NCBI GenBank assembly: GCA_025800305.1
Contig: JAOXRY010000233.1
Coordinates: forward strand, 1 to 42,650
Direction: 5' to 3'
From: Campylobacterales bacterium
GTDB lineage: Bacteria > Campylobacterota > Campylobacteria > Campylobacterales > SZUA-545
DNA length: 42,650 bases
Positions 29,081-37,559 of the stretch are shown in pieces (the first letter of the stretch is position 1; each line of letters opens with the position of its first letter). A program made the translations under genes and the position numbers. The notes below the pieces were generated by a model. The model did not search any database. It worked only from the letters and a program-made list of their open reading frames with translations, and was not told where the DNA came from.

Positions 29081-29789
29081 CCTCATAAAATTCATCAGCT
29101 GGCAAATCTTGTTCTTTCATAACAATATTTGCTAGTTCATCACATTTCTCATTCTCAATAATTCCAGCGTGACCTTTTACCCAATGGAAAGTTACATTTA
29201 ATCTACTTGTTAAGTTCAGAAGAATCTCCCAAAGATCACTGTTTTTGGCTTCCTCTTTATTGGACTTAATCCAGTTGTTTTTCTTCCATCCCTTTGCCCA
29301 TCCAAGATTATTAGCATCAACAACGTATTTTGAATCAGAGAAAAGATCTATATTTGGTTTATCAGACTTTACAGATTCTAAAGCTTTAATAACTGCCATA
29401 ATTTCCATACGATTGTTGGTTGTCTCTCTAAAACCTCCTGAAAGTTCTCTTCTTAATATTTCACCTTTATGAATAAACTGTAAAACAGCTCCATAACCAC
29501 CACGACCAGGGTTTCCTAAAGCTCCACCATCTGTGAAAATAACAATATGTCCTTTTTCTAAAAGCTCAGTCACCATCTCTTCTCTAAAAGCTTTTTTTGG
29601 TTTTTTAGTTATATTTTTAGAAGGGGTAGGTGGTTTATTAAAAAAAGCTTCTTTTGCTTCTTCATATGTTGGAAAAGATTTATATTTTGCACCTTTGTGT
29701 CCATCTATAAGAGATTTACACTCTGCCCAAGTATCAAAGATTCCTGTCTCTTTCCCTTCCCAAACTACATAAAACTTTTTTTTAGCCAT
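29067..29789 (-). CDS. rnhA: Ribonuclease HI with N-terminal hybrid-binding (dsRHbd) domain
   Basis: Start moved to ATG 29789 (GGAG 6 nt upstream; it shares TGATG with the upstream stop). The HBD reads KFYVVWEGKETGIFDTWAECKSLIDGHKGAKYKSFPTYEEAKEAF. The RNase H core has FTDGGALGNPG, NNRMEIMA, SDSKYV and WVKGHAG..NEKCDELA. Confidence 0.85.
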   Translation of the reverse strand: MAKKKFYVVWEGKETGIFDTWAECKSLIDGHKGAKYKSFPTYEEAKEAFFNKPPTPSKNITKKPKKAFREEMVTELLEKGHIVIFTDGGALGNPGRGGYGAVLQFIHKGEILRRELSGGFRETTNNRMEIMAVIKALESVKSDKPNIDLFSDSKYVVDANNLGWAKGWKKNNWIKSNKEEAKNSDLWEILLNLTSRLNVTFHWVKGHAGIIENEKCDELANIVMKEQDLPADEFYEAIQQ

Positions 29790-30844
29790 CACTTCTCCAA
29801 TGCCCATGTCCAAAAAGGCTTAGCTGTTACAAATGCACCGTGAACTTCACCAGTATACTCATAACCCATGGTAACAATTTCTATCGTTTCCACTGTTTTT
29901 ACACTTAAAACAGCGGTGGATTTTACCAAAAGTTGTTCGTAGTTTAGAAAAGGTAGAGTTAGCACAGCTCGGTTTTCAGATGGAATGAAAAAGTCAATAA
30001 AGTCCATGTAGTAAACTTCAAAACCACCTTTTATAAGTTCAAGAAAAACCATGTGTTCAAAGTTCTTTCCTAAGTCTTTTTTAAATGTCAAAGCTTGTTT
30101 AAAAACAAAATCATAAGGATAGTATTTTTTAGGAGCTTTAGGGCTTTCAAATTTAGAGACTGAAAAGATGTATTTTTTATTTTCCAGCTCCTCTACTGTT
30201 TTATAGAAAATATCTTTAGAGATCTTAATCTCTTGTTTTATGAGATTAAAAGCTTGAAACAAAGAAAAAGCAAAGCCTGTTTTTAAAACAATAAATTTAA
30301 AGATCTCCTGTTTTGTTTGTAGGGGGAAAAGCAAATAAATAAACTCTCTTGCTCTTATCACTCTTTCTTGATCTTTAAGATGAATCATCTCAGGAAGGCT
30401 TCCATGTTTAAAATATTCATCAAAAAGTTCTTCTATGTTTTCAATTTTTTTGTGAAGAGAGATAAATTCTTCAAAATCCAAAGGAAGCAAAGAATAGTTT
30501 TTAAAACCATCAATTTTAATGTTTTCTTCTGTTAGTAAATAGACAGTTTCACAGACTATATCTTCTAGAGTGGCTTTATAGTTTTCTACAACAATAAGCT
30601 GGATTTTCTCTTCTTGGATGAAGTGATTAAGATCTTTAGTAGCTAGATCTTTGGTTCTTAAGTCTTGAAGATCTATATAGAGAAACTTTTTTTTCTCCTG
30701 TAAAATTAGATCTGATATGTACTTTTTTACACCACAGTATTTTGGAGTTTGAATAATAGCTTTTTGGGTATCTATTGTTAGTTTTCTTGGAATTGTCTTT
30801 TTATCAATCTCTTGATGTTCGTAAATATCTTCTATTAAATCCAT
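29789..30844 (-). CDS. AAA_14/DUF4143-family protein with degenerate P-loop
   Basis: The C-terminal FEHMVFLELIKGGFEVYYMDFIDFFIP matches the family's typical ..fEn.v..EL.k.g..vyy...EvDFv.. pattern. The expected GPRxxGKT position reads QTPKYCGVKKY, so there is no Walker A. Confidence 0.55.
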   Translation of the reverse strand: MDLIEDIYEHQEIDKKTIPRKLTIDTQKAIIQTPKYCGVKKYISDLILQEKKKFLYIDLQDLRTKDLATKDLNHFIQEEKIQLIVVENYKATLEDIVCETVYLLTEENIKIDGFKNYSLLPLDFEEFISLHKKIENIEELFDEYFKHGSLPEMIHLKDQERVIRAREFIYLLFPLQTKQEIFKFIVLKTGFAFSLFQAFNLIKQEIKISKDIFYKTVEELENKKYIFSVSKFESPKAPKKYYPYDFVFKQALTFKKDLGKNFEHMVFLELIKGGFEVYYMDFIDFFIPSENRAVLTLPFLNYEQLLVKSTAVLSVKTVETIEIVTMGYEYTGEVHGAFVTAKPFWTWALEK

Positions 30845-32250
30845 GTGATTAACTTTTGATAGATCTTTACAAGAGCTAGAGTGTCGACTTCACAATATTT
30901 AATAAGCTTCTCTTTTTTCTCTTCTATCTCTTTTTTATCACCAAATAAAATCTCTTTATACTCATCTAAAAGTTCTTGCCCGTTGGCAACAATTAAGTCT
31001 TCATAAGAAAGATCTGAAACAAGAGCAGGAAGGACAGCTTTTAAAGAGTGTTTAGCTCCCATCTTTCCAAAATAGCAGTATCTATTTTTAAAAGGATCAT
31101 TAAGATCTATAATGTTGTCTGCTATAGTATTGAGATGATCTTTGTGTTTTGGAAGTTTACAAGCAAGATCTCTTAAGATCCTTCTTTCAAATTGTGCACC
31201 ATAGGCTACGACAGTTTTATCAGTTGGAATGATTTCACATAGTTTTTCACCAATTTCATACCTTGGATCTTTCTCTTTTATATTGGCAATGTAATTAAAT
31301 TTTTCAAGATCTTTTTCGTTTTTTAGTTTGTGAATTGAGTATTGAAAGACAATTGGTTCGTATGGTTTCATTCCTTTAAAAAATGGGATAATAGGCTGGT
31401 AGGACTCAAAGTCTAGAAAGTAGATCTCATCTTTAAATTGGGAGAGAAACAAAGAGAGTCTCTCTTTATCAACAAAGGGCTTTTTCAAAGCACTTTTTTG
31501 GATCTTTTGAAAATCAGTAAGCTTACTTTCATCATATTTTTCTATGGTGTCTATACCGTTTTTTAAAAGAGAGAGTTTTTCATCAACTGGTTTAGCTATA
31601 AGATTTAAAATAGAGTTTTCATAGATCTTTCCCCAACAGCCTTTAAACTCTTCACAGACAAAGGGCTTAAAACAGCTGACACTATTTTTACCTTGAAACT
31701 CTTTCTCTTCCAGAAGATCTTTAATAAGGGCTTTTATCCTAGGAAGTCTTTTGAAAACCCTTCTTGTGACTTCAAAATACTCTGTAAATTCAAAAAGATC
31801 TAACTCTTCCTCTCTCTCAAAATCTTCTGTTATTTTTATAACACTACACTTTGAAACAGAGATTCCATTTTGAGAAAGAATGTAGTATTTAAAAGCAATA
31901 GTATCAATAACTTTTTGTTTAATAATTTGCTTTGGAACAATCTCTACAAGATGGTAGTTGTTTTTTTGGCTTTCTAAAAAATGAATCTTTCCAATAAGAT
32001 TTTTATAAGAAACTTTTACATCTTTTAAAACCTTCTTCTTTTGAAGTTCCAATTGAAGAATTGAAGGAGAAAGTTCCCTTGCTTTTTCAACGTTTGGAAA
32101 GAAAAAATCACCAATAATTTTTTTAAAAGCTTCTTTCTCTTTGTCTACAAAAAACTTATCATCATCTTTTTTTTTCTTAAAGAGTAAAGGACATCTAAAA
32201 TAGTCTAAAAAAAGATTTTTCCCTATCACAGTAAACTTTTTTATTGGCAC
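30835..32250 (-). CDS. DUF2779-family protein: Cas4/RecB-like Fe-S nuclease N-domain + DEDD/RNase-H-like C-domain
   Basis: GTG start. The N-terminal LFLDYFRCPLLF plus CFKPFVCEEFKGC gives a 1+3 Cys pattern like Cas4-type clusters. The central IYFLDFESYQPIIPFFKGMKPYEPIVFQYSIH is the DUF2779 hallmark. The C-terminus has YCEVDTLALVKIY. Confidence 0.6.
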   Translation of the reverse strand: MPIKKFTVIGKNLFLDYFRCPLLFKKKKDDDKFFVDKEKEAFKKIIGDFFFPNVEKARELSPSILQLELQKKKVLKDVKVSYKNLIGKIHFLESQKNNYHLVEIVPKQIIKQKVIDTIAFKYYILSQNGISVSKCSVIKITEDFEREEELDLFEFTEYFEVTRRVFKRLPRIKALIKDLLEEKEFQGKNSVSCFKPFVCEEFKGCWGKIYENSILNLIAKPVDEKLSLLKNGIDTIEKYDESKLTDFQKIQKSALKKPFVDKERLSLFLSQFKDEIYFLDFESYQPIIPFFKGMKPYEPIVFQYSIHKLKNEKDLEKFNYIANIKEKDPRYEIGEKLCEIIPTDKTVVAYGAQFERRILRDLACKLPKHKDHLNTIADNIIDLNDPFKNRYCYFGKMGAKHSLKAVLPALVSDLSYEDLIVANGQELLDEYKEILFGDKKEIEEKKEKLIKYCEVDTLALVKIYQKLITWI

Positions 32251-33134
32251 TTATATTGAAATAGGGCGTGGTGATTTCTCAGTTGTGGAGAGAGTAAAAG
32301 CTTTAGAATCCCATCTTCAATTTTTGGTTTGTCTGGTTTTGTGTTAAAAGAGATTGTCTTTTCACAATTTTGATACTCTGTATTGCTATAGTAAAAACAT
32401 CCCTCTTCAATAGCTAGGATTTTTGGTGTTTCATTAGAGTTGAAATCTCCATACATAGACATACAACTATGACTTCTTTTTCCATTTTTGTATATAAGAG
32501 TCACGGTGTCTTCTAGTGGCTGGTGATTTTTATAACAAGTTTTATAAATATTTCTTCCTTCAAAAGTTAAAACCTCTCCTTCTGTAATAGAAACTTCTGT
32601 AGCTCTTTGATCTATCTTAGGTTCTTCTCCACAATTAGGATCAACTTCAAAAAGAGTTTTAATCTCTCCTTTGAAATCAATATCTAAACTTCCTTCATGT
32701 AAGGCAATAACTTTTGTATTTTTAAAATCAGCAACATCAAATTTTGTTCCTTTGATATTGATATTGGCAAAATCGGTAATAATTTTTAGTTTTTTCTTTC
32801 TTTTTTTTATATCGTAAGTGGTATTTCCACCTTTTTGATGGATTCTAGACTGGTCTATAATTTTTAGTTTAGAGCCTTTGGCAACAATAAGTTTAGAACC
32901 ATTATGAAGTTTCAAATAGGCCTTAGAGTTTTTATCTGTAGAGACTCCATCCTCTGTAAAAAGATCTTTATTCTTTCCACCTTGAACATATCTTGCTCCC
33001 CATTTTCTACTAATTGTGACCTTTCCTTTTCCTTTTGTTTTGACCATTTTCCCAACTTTAGTAAAGCCTGTAACATAACTTAAAGAGTTAGTTGTAAAAA
33101 ACAGTGAAATTACAAAAATTAAAAAAAATCTCAT
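32241..33134 (-). CDS. Secreted FecR-domain protein with Cys-rich C-terminal region
   Basis: Signal peptide MRFFLIFVISLFFTTNS. FecR pattern: STDKNSKAYLKLHNGSKLIVAKGSKLKI ... LKIITDFANINIKGTKFDV. Seven Cys residues sit in the C-terminal half. Its start overlaps the kinase stop (ATGA). Confidence 0.7.
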   Translation of the reverse strand: MRFFLIFVISLFFTTNSLSYVTGFTKVGKMVKTKGKGKVTISRKWGARYVQGGKNKDLFTEDGVSTDKNSKAYLKLHNGSKLIVAKGSKLKIIDQSRIHQKGGNTTYDIKKRKKKLKIITDFANINIKGTKFDVADFKNTKVIALHEGSLDIDFKGEIKTLFEVDPNCGEEPKIDQRATEVSITEGEVLTFEGRNIYKTCYKNHQPLEDTVTLIYKNGKRSHSCMSMYGDFNSNETPKILAIEEGCFYYSNTEYQNCEKTISFNTKPDKPKIEDGILKLLLSPQLRNHHALFQYKCQ

Positions 33135-35176
33135 GGTGTTGCTCCCTCTTTATCTTTAGAAATTTCAGCTAAGGATTTTTTTAGTTTGTCTAAAAGTGGC
33201 TTATTTTTTAAAAGTTGTACATTTTTAGGATTTCTTTTTAATAGTTTTTCATTATTTTCTTCTAGATTTAAAAGGGCTTTTTTTATAACTTTTAACTTTG
33301 TTTCCATTGGGGTTAAAGATCTTACTTTTAAAAAGTCATTTGTATCGTAAACTACAGAGTTGTCACCACTTTCTAAGTTACTATAAAAAGCATTCATATA
33401 GCTTTCATCATCCTCTTTTGAATTCCCTTTTAGAGTTTTTATTTCAGTGGATTTTGGAGACTCTTTATTTAAATAAAGGTTCTGTTTTTCAATCTGTTTG
33501 TTAGAGTTTTTCATAACGACATAAAAGATAGCACCTTTATCACTGTTTTCCATAAAAAGTTTTCCATCCATATTGGTTTCAATAATTGTTTTTGCAAGAT
33601 CTAGTCCAACACCAGTTCCTTTTTCTCCTTTTGTTGAAAAATAAGGTTCAAAGATTTTGTTAATTATTGCTTTGGGAACGCCTCCTCCATTATCTTCAAT
33701 ACTTATCACTATATCATGTTCTTTTTTGTTAACGATAATCTCTATTGTTCCATCAAACTGTTTTTCTAAAATGATATCTTTTGAGTTATTTACAAGATTT
33801 AAAATAACCTGCTTAAATTGGTTTTTAAAACCAAGTGTTGAAGCAAAAACATTAAAGTCATCTTTTTCACTAAGACCTATATTCGCCTTTTCAATACCAT
33901 TTTCTTGATAGGAAAATTTAATAGCAATGTTATTGATAACAATCTGGGAAGAGAGAAGTGTAAGGACTTCTTGAATAGATTGAATTACATCAAAATCATC
34001 TTTTTCTTTATCACTTTTAAAGAAGTTTCTAAAATCATCAATGGTTTTAGACATAAATTCCAGTTGATAATCCATTCTTTTTAGCTCGTCTTGAATCTCC
34101 TCTTTGGAAAGAGTGTCATTTCTAAAAAGATCTCTGATTGTCATTACAATAAGCCCCATAGTATTTAGAGGCTGTCTCCACTGGTGGGCTATTGCTCCAA
34201 TCATCTCTCCCATGGAGGCCATTTTTGATTGGTGGACAAGCATTTTCTCTTTTTCTTGGCGGATTAAGATCTCTTCTTCTACTTTCTTTTCAAGGTTCTT
34301 ATTAAGATCTTCTAATTGTCTATTTAGTTTATCAGGAATAATGGCAAAAACATAAGCAAGAGGAAAAGAGAGAATCAAAACACCTACTAAAAGAGCAAGT
34401 CCTAATCTCATAAGCTCTTGTTTTTTCTCTTGGATTTTTTCATTTTTCATTTGAAAAATAATTTTTAACTCTCCATCATCTCCTAATTTAATTGTTTGGG
34501 AAAATGAATCAGTTCCTACATAGTAATCAGCATAGAGCATATCTTCTGCAGTATCTTTATAGACTTTTTCTAATGTGAGACCTTTTCTTTTTTGATAGCT
34601 ATCTTGGTAGATTAGAAAGTTTCCTTGAGAGTCACTTAGATGAATGTAGCCTACAGGAGATCTATCAATAGTATGAAAAAAAGACTCTAAATTAAAGGTG
34701 ATATTTAAAGTCTCTCCTGTTTTTAACCCTATTGATGATGTTATAAGAGGAGCATCTAGATATTGATTGTATGTGATTTCACTAAACACCAAAGTATTTG
34801 AAGCTTTTTTGTTTATTGTGGTAATTTGAACTTTTTTATTACCCACGTTTTTTAGAAGAACTTGTTTTTTTGAATACAAAGAGATATTAACAATCTCTTT
34901 ATTTTCCTCTAAAAGAAGTTTTGTGATTTTTTCAAAATCTTTTAGTTTAGATTTCTCACTGGTGTTTTTTAGTGCTACAGTTGTGTTTTTAATTCTATTA
35001 AAGTATGTTTTTATGGTCTCTTGTTTTGAGATCATGATACTTTTGGAACTCTCTATGAAATCTTTTTTTATATTGGCACTTTCAATATAAAAAAAAGATA
35101 GAAAAGTACCGATAACTATCACAGTACCAAAGCAGATAAAAAGTATGATAAACTTCTGTTTGTATGATAATTTCAT
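33131..35176 (-). CDS. Sensor histidine kinase with large periplasmic domain and ~110-aa C-terminal extension
   Basis: Two TM segments (FICFGTVIVIGTFLSFFYI; LALLVGVLILSFPLAYVFAII) flank a ~240-aa extracytoplasmic region. H-box GAIAHQWRQPLN; ATPase boxes LVNNSKD, DNGGGVP, GTGVGLDL. Confidence 0.85.
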   Translation of the reverse strand: MKLSYKQKFIILFICFGTVIVIGTFLSFFYIESANIKKDFIESSKSIMISKQETIKTYFNRIKNTTVALKNTSEKSKLKDFEKITKLLLEENKEIVNISLYSKKQVLLKNVGNKKVQITTINKKASNTLVFSEITYNQYLDAPLITSSIGLKTGETLNITFNLESFFHTIDRSPVGYIHLSDSQGNFLIYQDSYQKRKGLTLEKVYKDTAEDMLYADYYVGTDSFSQTIKLGDDGELKIIFQMKNEKIQEKKQELMRLGLALLVGVLILSFPLAYVFAIIPDKLNRQLEDLNKNLEKKVEEEILIRQEKEKMLVHQSKMASMGEMIGAIAHQWRQPLNTMGLIVMTIRDLFRNDTLSKEEIQDELKRMDYQLEFMSKTIDDFRNFFKSDKEKDDFDVIQSIQEVLTLLSSQIVINNIAIKFSYQENGIEKANIGLSEKDDFNVFASTLGFKNQFKQVILNLVNNSKDIILEKQFDGTIEIIVNKKEHDIVISIEDNGGGVPKAIINKIFEPYFSTKGEKGTGVGLDLAKTIIETNMDGKLFMENSDKGAIFYVVMKNSNKQIEKQNLYLNKESPKSTEIKTLKGNSKEDDESYMNAFYSNLESGDNSVVYDTNDFLKVRSLTPMETKLKVIKKALLNLEENNEKLLKRNPKNVQLLKNKPLLDKLKKSLAEISKDKEGATP

Positions 35177-35215
35177 GATTTGATTGTATCATAATAACTC
35201 AAAGGTTTTTATAGA

Positions 35216-36448
35216 ATGGATTATAAAGTTGCCTTAAGGACAATGTCAGTTCTGTATTGTGAAGATGAAGTTCTAGCAAGAGAACAGATGGTAAGAATTC
35301 TTAGCCCTAAAGTAGGTGAACTTCATGTTGCTGAAGATGGGAAAGAGGGACTTTTAACATATCAAAATAGAAAAATAGATCTAGTCATCAGTGATATTAA
35401 AATGCCAAGAATAAATGGTCTTGATATGGCTAGAGAAATTAAAACAATAAATCCAAAAGCAGGGATTGTTCTTTTAACTGCGTTTGATCAAACTAAACTT
35501 TTACAAGAAGCAATCGACATTGGAATTAGCCAATATGTAGTCAAACCAGTGGCAGAAGATAAGCTTTTTAATGGAATAAATAGAACCCTCGATTATATAA
35601 TAGCAGAGAAAAAAATAGCTTTTCAAAATAACTACATTAGAAATATCTTGGACCTTCAAAGCAATATGATTATAGTTGGAGATGAGTGTGCAATTCATGC
35701 TGCTAATCAGCCATTTTTAGAATTTTTTGGTTATGAAGATCTTAGCGATATGATTAAGTCTCAAAATGAAAAATTAAATAACAAATTTCAATTTATTGAG
35801 TATCAATATATAGACTTTATGGATTGGTTTTTGGAGATGATAAGCTCTAGAGAGAGAAAAAGAGAAGTTTTTGTATTGGAAGGAGATGTAAACAAAAAAT
35901 TTACGTGCCAAGTCTCTTCTTTTGAAAATATAAGTGGAAGATTTCTTGTTTCTTTAACAGATATTACTCATATGAATACAGTTAAAGGACAGCTGAATGA
36001 TGGTGACGCTCCTGAGGTGATGGAGTTGGAGAATTTTTATCAAAATTCAGATCTTTTCTTTCATAAAGGAGTAACAGAAGATTTTCTTCTTGTGATTTTT
36101 ACTCTTTATAATTCAGATCTAATTGTTATTGACGGAGGATTTGATAAAAGAGAATCAATGCGGCGTGAAATAGAAAGATTTGTCTTGACTAACATAACAG
36201 ATAAAAAAATGCTTACAAAAACAGAGTCAGATGAGTATCTTATGATAGTGAATGTAGTTGATTTGGATATGGCAACCCATAATTTTTCTGTAATGAAAAA
36301 GAAGATTCAAGAAAGAGTTAAAAGATATCATAAAAAAACAACTGCTAATTTACACTATATAAGAGTTAGTCCAGAAGAAGATTTTAGAAAAGCAGTCACA
36401 CTAGCAAGACAAAAACACATAAAAGCAAATCAGTCTCTTTATAAATAG
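35216..36448 (+). CDS. Response regulator: receiver + PAS-like + degenerate GGDEF-like domain
   Basis: The receiver is intact (YCEDE, LVISDIKMP, LLTAF, YVVKP). PAS-like segment: IRNILDLQSNMIIVGDE..NQPFLEFFGYEDL. The C-terminal region aligns by eye to GGDEF, with KTESDEYLMIV where RxGGDEF belongs. Confidence 0.7.
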   Translation: MDYKVALRTMSVLYCEDEVLAREQMVRILSPKVGELHVAEDGKEGLLTYQNRKIDLVISDIKMPRINGLDMAREIKTINPKAGIVLLTAFDQTKLLQEAIDIGISQYVVKPVAEDKLFNGINRTLDYIIAEKKIAFQNNYIRNILDLQSNMIIVGDECAIHAANQPFLEFFGYEDLSDMIKSQNEKLNNKFQFIEYQYIDFMDWFLEMISSRERKREVFVLEGDVNKKFTCQVSSFENISGRFLVSLTDITHMNTVKGQLNDGDAPEVMELENFYQNSDLFFHKGVTEDFLLVIFTLYNSDLIVIDGGFDKRESMRREIERFVLTNITDKKMLTKTESDEYLMIVNVVDLDMATHNFSVMKKKIQERVKRYHKKTTANLHYIRVSPEEDFRKAVTLARQKHIKANQSLYK

Positions 36449-37557
36449 AACCTAAAAATATAGTAAAGATCTAAAGAGAGCTCATGCTCTTTCCAAACTT
36501 CATCAATTCTAGTTCTATCAAATTTCCACTCTCTTCTTTTATAGTTGATATCTGCGAAAAAGTATTTAAGACCAAATTTCTTATATCCACCAAAACCGAT
36601 TCCTAAAGATACATGGGTTGGCATTAAATCAGTAGAGTAGGTGTTTCCAATTCCTGCTGAGTATTTTAAGTAAGGGGTGGATTCAAACCAGAAGTTTTGA
36701 AACTGTTTCTCATTGGGGATAAGATACTCTAATTTTAGCTCATCCATTTCAGGATCTGTTGTAAAGGAAAGAAGAAAAATTGGATCAACTCTTCCATTAA
36801 AAAAACCATAAGAAAAGCCACTTCTTCCCACAAGTTTTACCTCTTCTTTTGATGAGGTTTGTCTTGTAATATCTTTTTGTAAAGCAGAGAAGTTTCCAGT
36901 TAGACCAATGTAGTGTCTTTTCCCTTTTCTTTCAACTTTTCTTTTTCTTTTATTTGGTGTAGAAATCTTGACTTTTTCCTTATTGAAACTTGCCAATTCT
37001 CCTTCTTTTAGTAAAAAGTCTTTGGCATTGATATTTTTTCCACTGTTTTCATAATAGATATCAAACTCTCTTACGTCTTTTGGTGTAGAGACTCGTGTAT
37101 TATTTTTTTTGGCAAAAAGAGTTTCATCTCCTTCAAAATTTTTAGGATTAACATGAAGAATATTATTTCTTCCTCTAGCTTTCGCAAAATCTGTATCAAT
37201 ATTAATAGGTTTCTTTCCTGAGTAAAACTCTATATTTCCATAAAGAGTTCCTACTCCATTTTTATTTACAATTAGTTTGCTGTTTTCTCTCATTAAAATT
37301 CTAGCACCAGTATCAAATCTTATAAGAGTAGTACCACTAGATTGGGTGATTATATCTCCTCCATGGATATTATCCCCTTTTCTAATGTGATCAATTGTAT
37401 CTCTTTTGATTTTTAAGATATCACCGTTTCCATCGGTTCTAGTAATTTCGCCGATTCTATTTTGAGGAAAACCAGTGAGACTAAGCTGATATCTTTTGAT
37501 AAGTTCTTGGGAAAAAAGTGACAGAGAAAAAAGAATAAGAGATAAAAAGAGTCTCAT
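36439..37557 (-). CDS. Secreted FecR-like domain fused to predicted small outer-membrane beta-barrel (paralog A)
   Basis: Signal peptide. FecR-like pattern: IRKGDNIHGGDIITQSSGTTLIRFDTGARILMRENSKLIV ... INIDTDFAKARG. A basic linker NKRKRKVERKGKRHY follows. The last ~150 aa have about eight amphipathic beta-strand-like segments and end ..LYYIFRFYL. Confidence 0.65.
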   Translation of the reverse strand: MRLFLSLILFSLSLFSQELIKRYQLSLTGFPQNRIGEITRTDGNGDILKIKRDTIDHIRKGDNIHGGDIITQSSGTTLIRFDTGARILMRENSKLIVNKNGVGTLYGNIEFYSGKKPINIDTDFAKARGRNNILHVNPKNFEGDETLFAKKNNTRVSTPKDVREFDIYYENSGKNINAKDFLLKEGELASFNKEKVKISTPNKRKRKVERKGKRHYIGLTGNFSALQKDITRQTSSKEEVKLVGRSGFSYGFFNGRVDPIFLLSFTTDPEMDELKLEYLIPNEKQFQNFWFESTPYLKYSAGIGNTYSTDLMPTHVSLGIGFGGYKKFGLKYFFADINYKRREWKFDRTRIDEVWKEHELSLDLYYIFRFYL

Positions 37558-37559
37558 TT

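Noticed and set aside
23393-29813. Long N-terminal extensions offered by the track: starts at 23393, 23806 and 29813 (similarly 1969 and 40189).
   Set aside because: In each case an internal start with a better Shine-Dalgarno and/or a family-typical N-terminus exists (23426, 23842, 29789, 1951, ~40159), and the extension overlaps the neighbouring gene or promoter. The start choices remain predictions.
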